DNA of 64,000 nt, from assembly GCA_965216135.1 (NCBI GenBank), contig CBDCFL010000021.1, positions 232,492 through 296,491 on the forward strand, written 5' to 3'. The DNA comes from Paracoccaceae bacterium. GTDB taxonomy: Bacteria; Pseudomonadota; Alphaproteobacteria; Rhodobacterales; Rhodobacteraceae. Both the position numbers and the translations under genes were made by a program. Every line of letters starts with the position of its first letter. Position 1 is the stretch's first letter. Shown in pieces: positions 61,539 through 64,000 of this stretch. The notes beneath the pieces are model-generated. The model searched no databases. It was not told the DNA's origin and saw only the letters and a program-made list of their open reading frames with translations.

Positions 61539-62639
61539 GGCGTTGTTGCATGGATCAGACAATAGTCGCAAGCCGCCCTTACCCGTGATACAGGCTATGA
61601 GATTTGTTTGAACACGGGTCGGCCGAGTTCGGTCATTTTGTTGAGAATGGCGACGCCGATTTTGGCCTCCGTTTGCTGATTTTCGAAACAGCGGGCTTTC
61701 AGTTTTGGCCCGATAATAGCCTTCCAGCGCCCCATCTGTGTCTCAATTCTACTGCGCTGATTGTAGCCACTGCCAGATTGCCAGGCCATGCGGCCATGAG
61801 TTTGAATTTTAACAATATGTCGGTCTCGAAGTGAGGGAAAACACTTGGATTGCGGGCTTGGAATGGCGTTCTTCGGTGGAGGAATAATGATTTCAACCGC
61901 CTCGCCAAATCGTGCCTTAAGCAAGTCACTGGTCGGTGCGCCGTCGTAGGCACCGTCCGCTATAAACCGGGAGACCGGAGTGCCAATCTGATTTAATAGA
62001 TCAGGCAGCACTGTTGGATCGCCAACGTCATCCAGCGTTAAATCCGAACAAACGATATCGCCAGTCACAAGGTTCAGACCAAGGTGAAGTTTACGCCACC
62101 GTTTGCGTTTGGCCTTTACATTATACTTGCTTTGCAGCCACTCACCCTCATCGAAAACCTTCAAACCCGTACTGTCGATGGCCAAGTGGACCGGATCTGT
62201 TATTTTGATTTTGGGCCTTGCCGGAAGGCTCAGACCACGCCCTCGGCGCGACAGGGTCGAGAAATCAGGAACTGAAATTTCCAGCAGCATCAGCTTTGAT
62301 ATGCTGCGTATCAGCCCTTGGGTCTGGCGCAGCGGCAACCTGTAAACCATGCCCAGCGTCAGGCACATCGTGATCGCCAGATCCGAGTATCGCGGCTGGC
62401 CGCCGCGTGACCTGCGCCGTGCTGCTGCCCAGTGCTTTCGCGCATCCCCTGTGATCCAGACCGTCAAATCACCACGATTTCGCAGGCTTTCATTATACCC
62501 GCACCAGTTCGTCACCCGATATTTCTTCTTCGCAAACTTGTGCCGGCGGGAGGTGTTGAATTTATGCGGCATTAAGCATATCCGTGGTCGTGGCAAAAGC
62601 CTATGTTAACACTTGACACCCGATCCGTGCAACAACGCC
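61539..62639 (-). mobile_element. IS5-family (IS903-group-like) element, 1101 bp
   Basis: 18-bp inverted repeats GGCGTTGTTGCA(T/C)GGATC. The flanks differ, so there is no TSD. Confidence 0.9.
61595..62572 (-). CDS. IS5/IS903-type DDE transposase
   Basis: MPHKFNTSRRHKF...YRVTNW..YN..L..RG...HLAIDSTGLKV...FIADGAYD...YNQRSRIET. Confidence 0.9.
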   Translation of the reverse strand: MPHKFNTSRRHKFAKKKYRVTNWCGYNESLRNRGDLTVWITGDARKHWAAARRRSRGGQPRYSDLAITMCLTLGMVYRLPLRQTQGLIRSISKLMLLEISVPDFSTLSRRGRGLSLPARPKIKITDPVHLAIDSTGLKVFDEGEWLQSKYNVKAKRKRWRKLHLGLNLVTGDIVCSDLTLDDVGDPTVLPDLLNQIGTPVSRFIADGAYDGAPTSDLLKARFGEAVEIIIPPPKNAIPSPQSKCFPSLRDRHIVKIQTHGRMAWQSGSGYNQRSRIETQMGRWKAIIGPKLKARCFENQQTEAKIGVAILNKMTELGRPVFKQIS

Positions 62640-62701
62640 AATACGACGGAATTTCCGGCGCTCTGCGTTTAGGTTCTGACGCGTATCGAAAGGACCTCGC
62701 C

Positions 62702-63298
62702 ATGCTCATCCGGATTTCGCCCTATTGGTTGTGGTTTTTACTGTCGATCCCGGCCATCGGGATGCTGGGCGCGACCTTGTCGTCAACTGATCCCGAAGTC
62801 TTCAAGTCACAGCTGCACCCGTCGGGCGAATTTTCCGCCCGCTTCATGATTATCGCGATGATGGCCTCGCCTTTGGCCCTAGTTTTGCGCGGCTGGCGCG
62901 GGCCCAGATGGCTGGTCAAGAACCGCCGCTATTTCGGCGTCGCCGCATTTGGTTATGCGTTGCTGCACACGATCTTTTACCTGATCGACCGTGGTTCGGC
63001 TGAAACCATCGCCGAGCTGCCACGCTTTTACATCTGGACTGGCTGGGCGGCGTTTATCGTATTTATCCCACTGGTCCTGACCTCGATGGACGTCATGCAG
63101 CGCAAAATGGGCCGGCATTGGAAAACCTTTCAGCGTTGGACATACGCGGCCGCGGTGCTGACACTGCTACATTGGGCCGCACTCTACGATTGGGGCGGCG
63201 CGATACCCGCCGCCGTGCACTTCGGACCGTTGGCGGCATTGTCTGCCTATCGGTTGTGGTACTGGTATCTGCGCCCGCGTCCCGCCAGAATGGCTTAA
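62702..63298 (+). CDS. msrQ: MsrQ/YedZ-like ferric-reductase-type transmembrane protein
   Basis: Six TM helices with paired histidines (YALLHTIFY, LTLLHWAALY). Start at the Met MLIRISPYW. Confidence 0.7.
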   Translation: MLIRISPYWLWFLLSIPAIGMLGATLSSTDPEVFKSQLHPSGEFSARFMIIAMMASPLALVLRGWRGPRWLVKNRRYFGVAAFGYALLHTIFYLIDRGSAETIAELPRFYIWTGWAAFIVFIPLVLTSMDVMQRKMGRHWKTFQRWTYAAAVLTLLHWAALYDWGGAIPAAVHFGPLAALSAYRLWYWYLRPRPARMA

Positions 63299-63314
63299 TG
63301 CCCGCAACTCAGGC

Positions 63315-63529
63315 GGGCAGCGCCCAGCCGCGGGTGGGCGCTGCCGCGGTTGAAGTCTGCACTTTATCGTGCCACCACATCTTGCGCCCGTATGGGTGTG
63401 TAACGGTGACGTAGCGCCCGCCCGTCGCACCGGAGGTGCGCCACTAAACATTGGCATGCCTCCGGAATGACAGGGAGGTCGGGCGCTGCCCGGCGGCGCT
63501 TCGCGCCTTGTTCCGGGCTTGTACGCGCC
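63315..63529 (+). repeat. Structured intergenic element, copy R3
   Basis: GGGCAGCGCCCA (63315-63326) pairs with CGGGCGCTGCCC (63480-63491). A 3' hairpin GGCGC/GCGCC is followed by TTGTTCCGGGC. Confidence 0.8.
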
Positions 63530-64000
63530 CTACCCCTCCCGCCTGATCTCCACATGATGCGGATAGGGGATGGTGATGCCACCGGCATCAAACGCCTCTT
63601 TCACTGCCTTGGTCAGATCGAACTTCAGCGTCCAGATGTCATCGCCCGTGCACCACAGCCGCGCGGTGATATCGACCGAGAAATCGCCCAAACCAGTCAC
63701 CCGCACCCAGGGTTCGGGGTCGGCAAACACCCGGTCCTCGGCCGCTGCCACATCAAGAATAATCTGCATCGCGACTTGCGCGTCATCGCCGTAATCAATG
63801 CCGAATGTCAGATCCAGCCGCCGGTCGCCATGGTGCGAGTAATTGGTGATGACCGATCCCCAGGCCTGTCCGTTGGGCACGATGATCTGCACGTTTTGCG
63901 GGGTGACCAGTTCGGTGACAAACAGGTTGATCTCGACAACCGTGCCCGCCGTGCCGCCGATATCCACATATTGGCCCAGCTTGTAGGGGCGAAACAGGAT
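63530..64000 (-). CDS. MscS-family mechanosensitive channel, C-terminal part (gene runs off the right edge)
   Basis: ...GTVVEINLFVTELVTPQNVQIIVPNGQAWGSVITNYS... beta-domain pattern. The reading frame is still open at 64000. Confidence 0.8.
   Translation of the reverse strand: MLFRPYKLGQYVDIGGTAGTVVEINLFVTELVTPQNVQIIVPNGQAWGSVITNYSHHGDRRLDLTFGIDYGDDAQVAMQIILDVAAAEDRVFADPEPWVRVTGLGDFSVDITARLWCTGDDIWTLKFDLTKAVKEAFDAGGITIPYPHHVEIRREG

Overview
High-GC alphaproteobacterial chromosome; Rhodobacterales-like is my inference from gene content and synteny. **1-39.4 kb is housekeeping.** The minus strand carries the distal half of the dcw cluster: lpxC, ftsZ, ftsA, ftsQ, ddl, murB, an unassignable 416-codon ORF, two small membrane genes, murC, murG, ftsW. 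After it come tRNA-Val, an HU-like gene, lon, tgt, Fe-S assembly genes, a SatD/DUF3307 pair, tpiA, purF, surE-pcm-nlpD, one IS630-family element, a divergent ectoine-catabolism-like cluster, an internally deleted aminotransferase remnant, ftsK, lolA, hspQ and an Lrp regulator. **39.48-62.64 kb is a ~23-kb block, roughly two-thirds insertion-sequence DNA.** It holds nested or truncated copies from nine IS families (IS3, IS1380, IS1595, IS256, IS630, IS30, IS66, IS21, IS5/IS903). The few cargo genes are a GC-rich cytochrome c / Tat-exported flavoprotein / acidic multi-Ig-domain operon, a few hypotheticals, an LpxL-like acyltransferase and a DNA methyltransferase stump. **62.7-64 kb returns to chromosome** (msrQ-like, mscS). 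**Best candidates for something undescribed:** (1) the IS-bracketed cytochrome c/flavoprotein/acidic-protein operon, which also contains a G12 coding tract and a G9/C7 palindrome; (2) three copies of a 170-215-nt structured element placed just 3' of genes, with compensatory stem changes; (3) the orphan gene translationally coupled into the dcw operon; (4) one IS1380 element split in-frame by a 15.3-kb block. No rRNA or CRISPR array was found. All family names come from reading translations and motifs by eye, without any database search.
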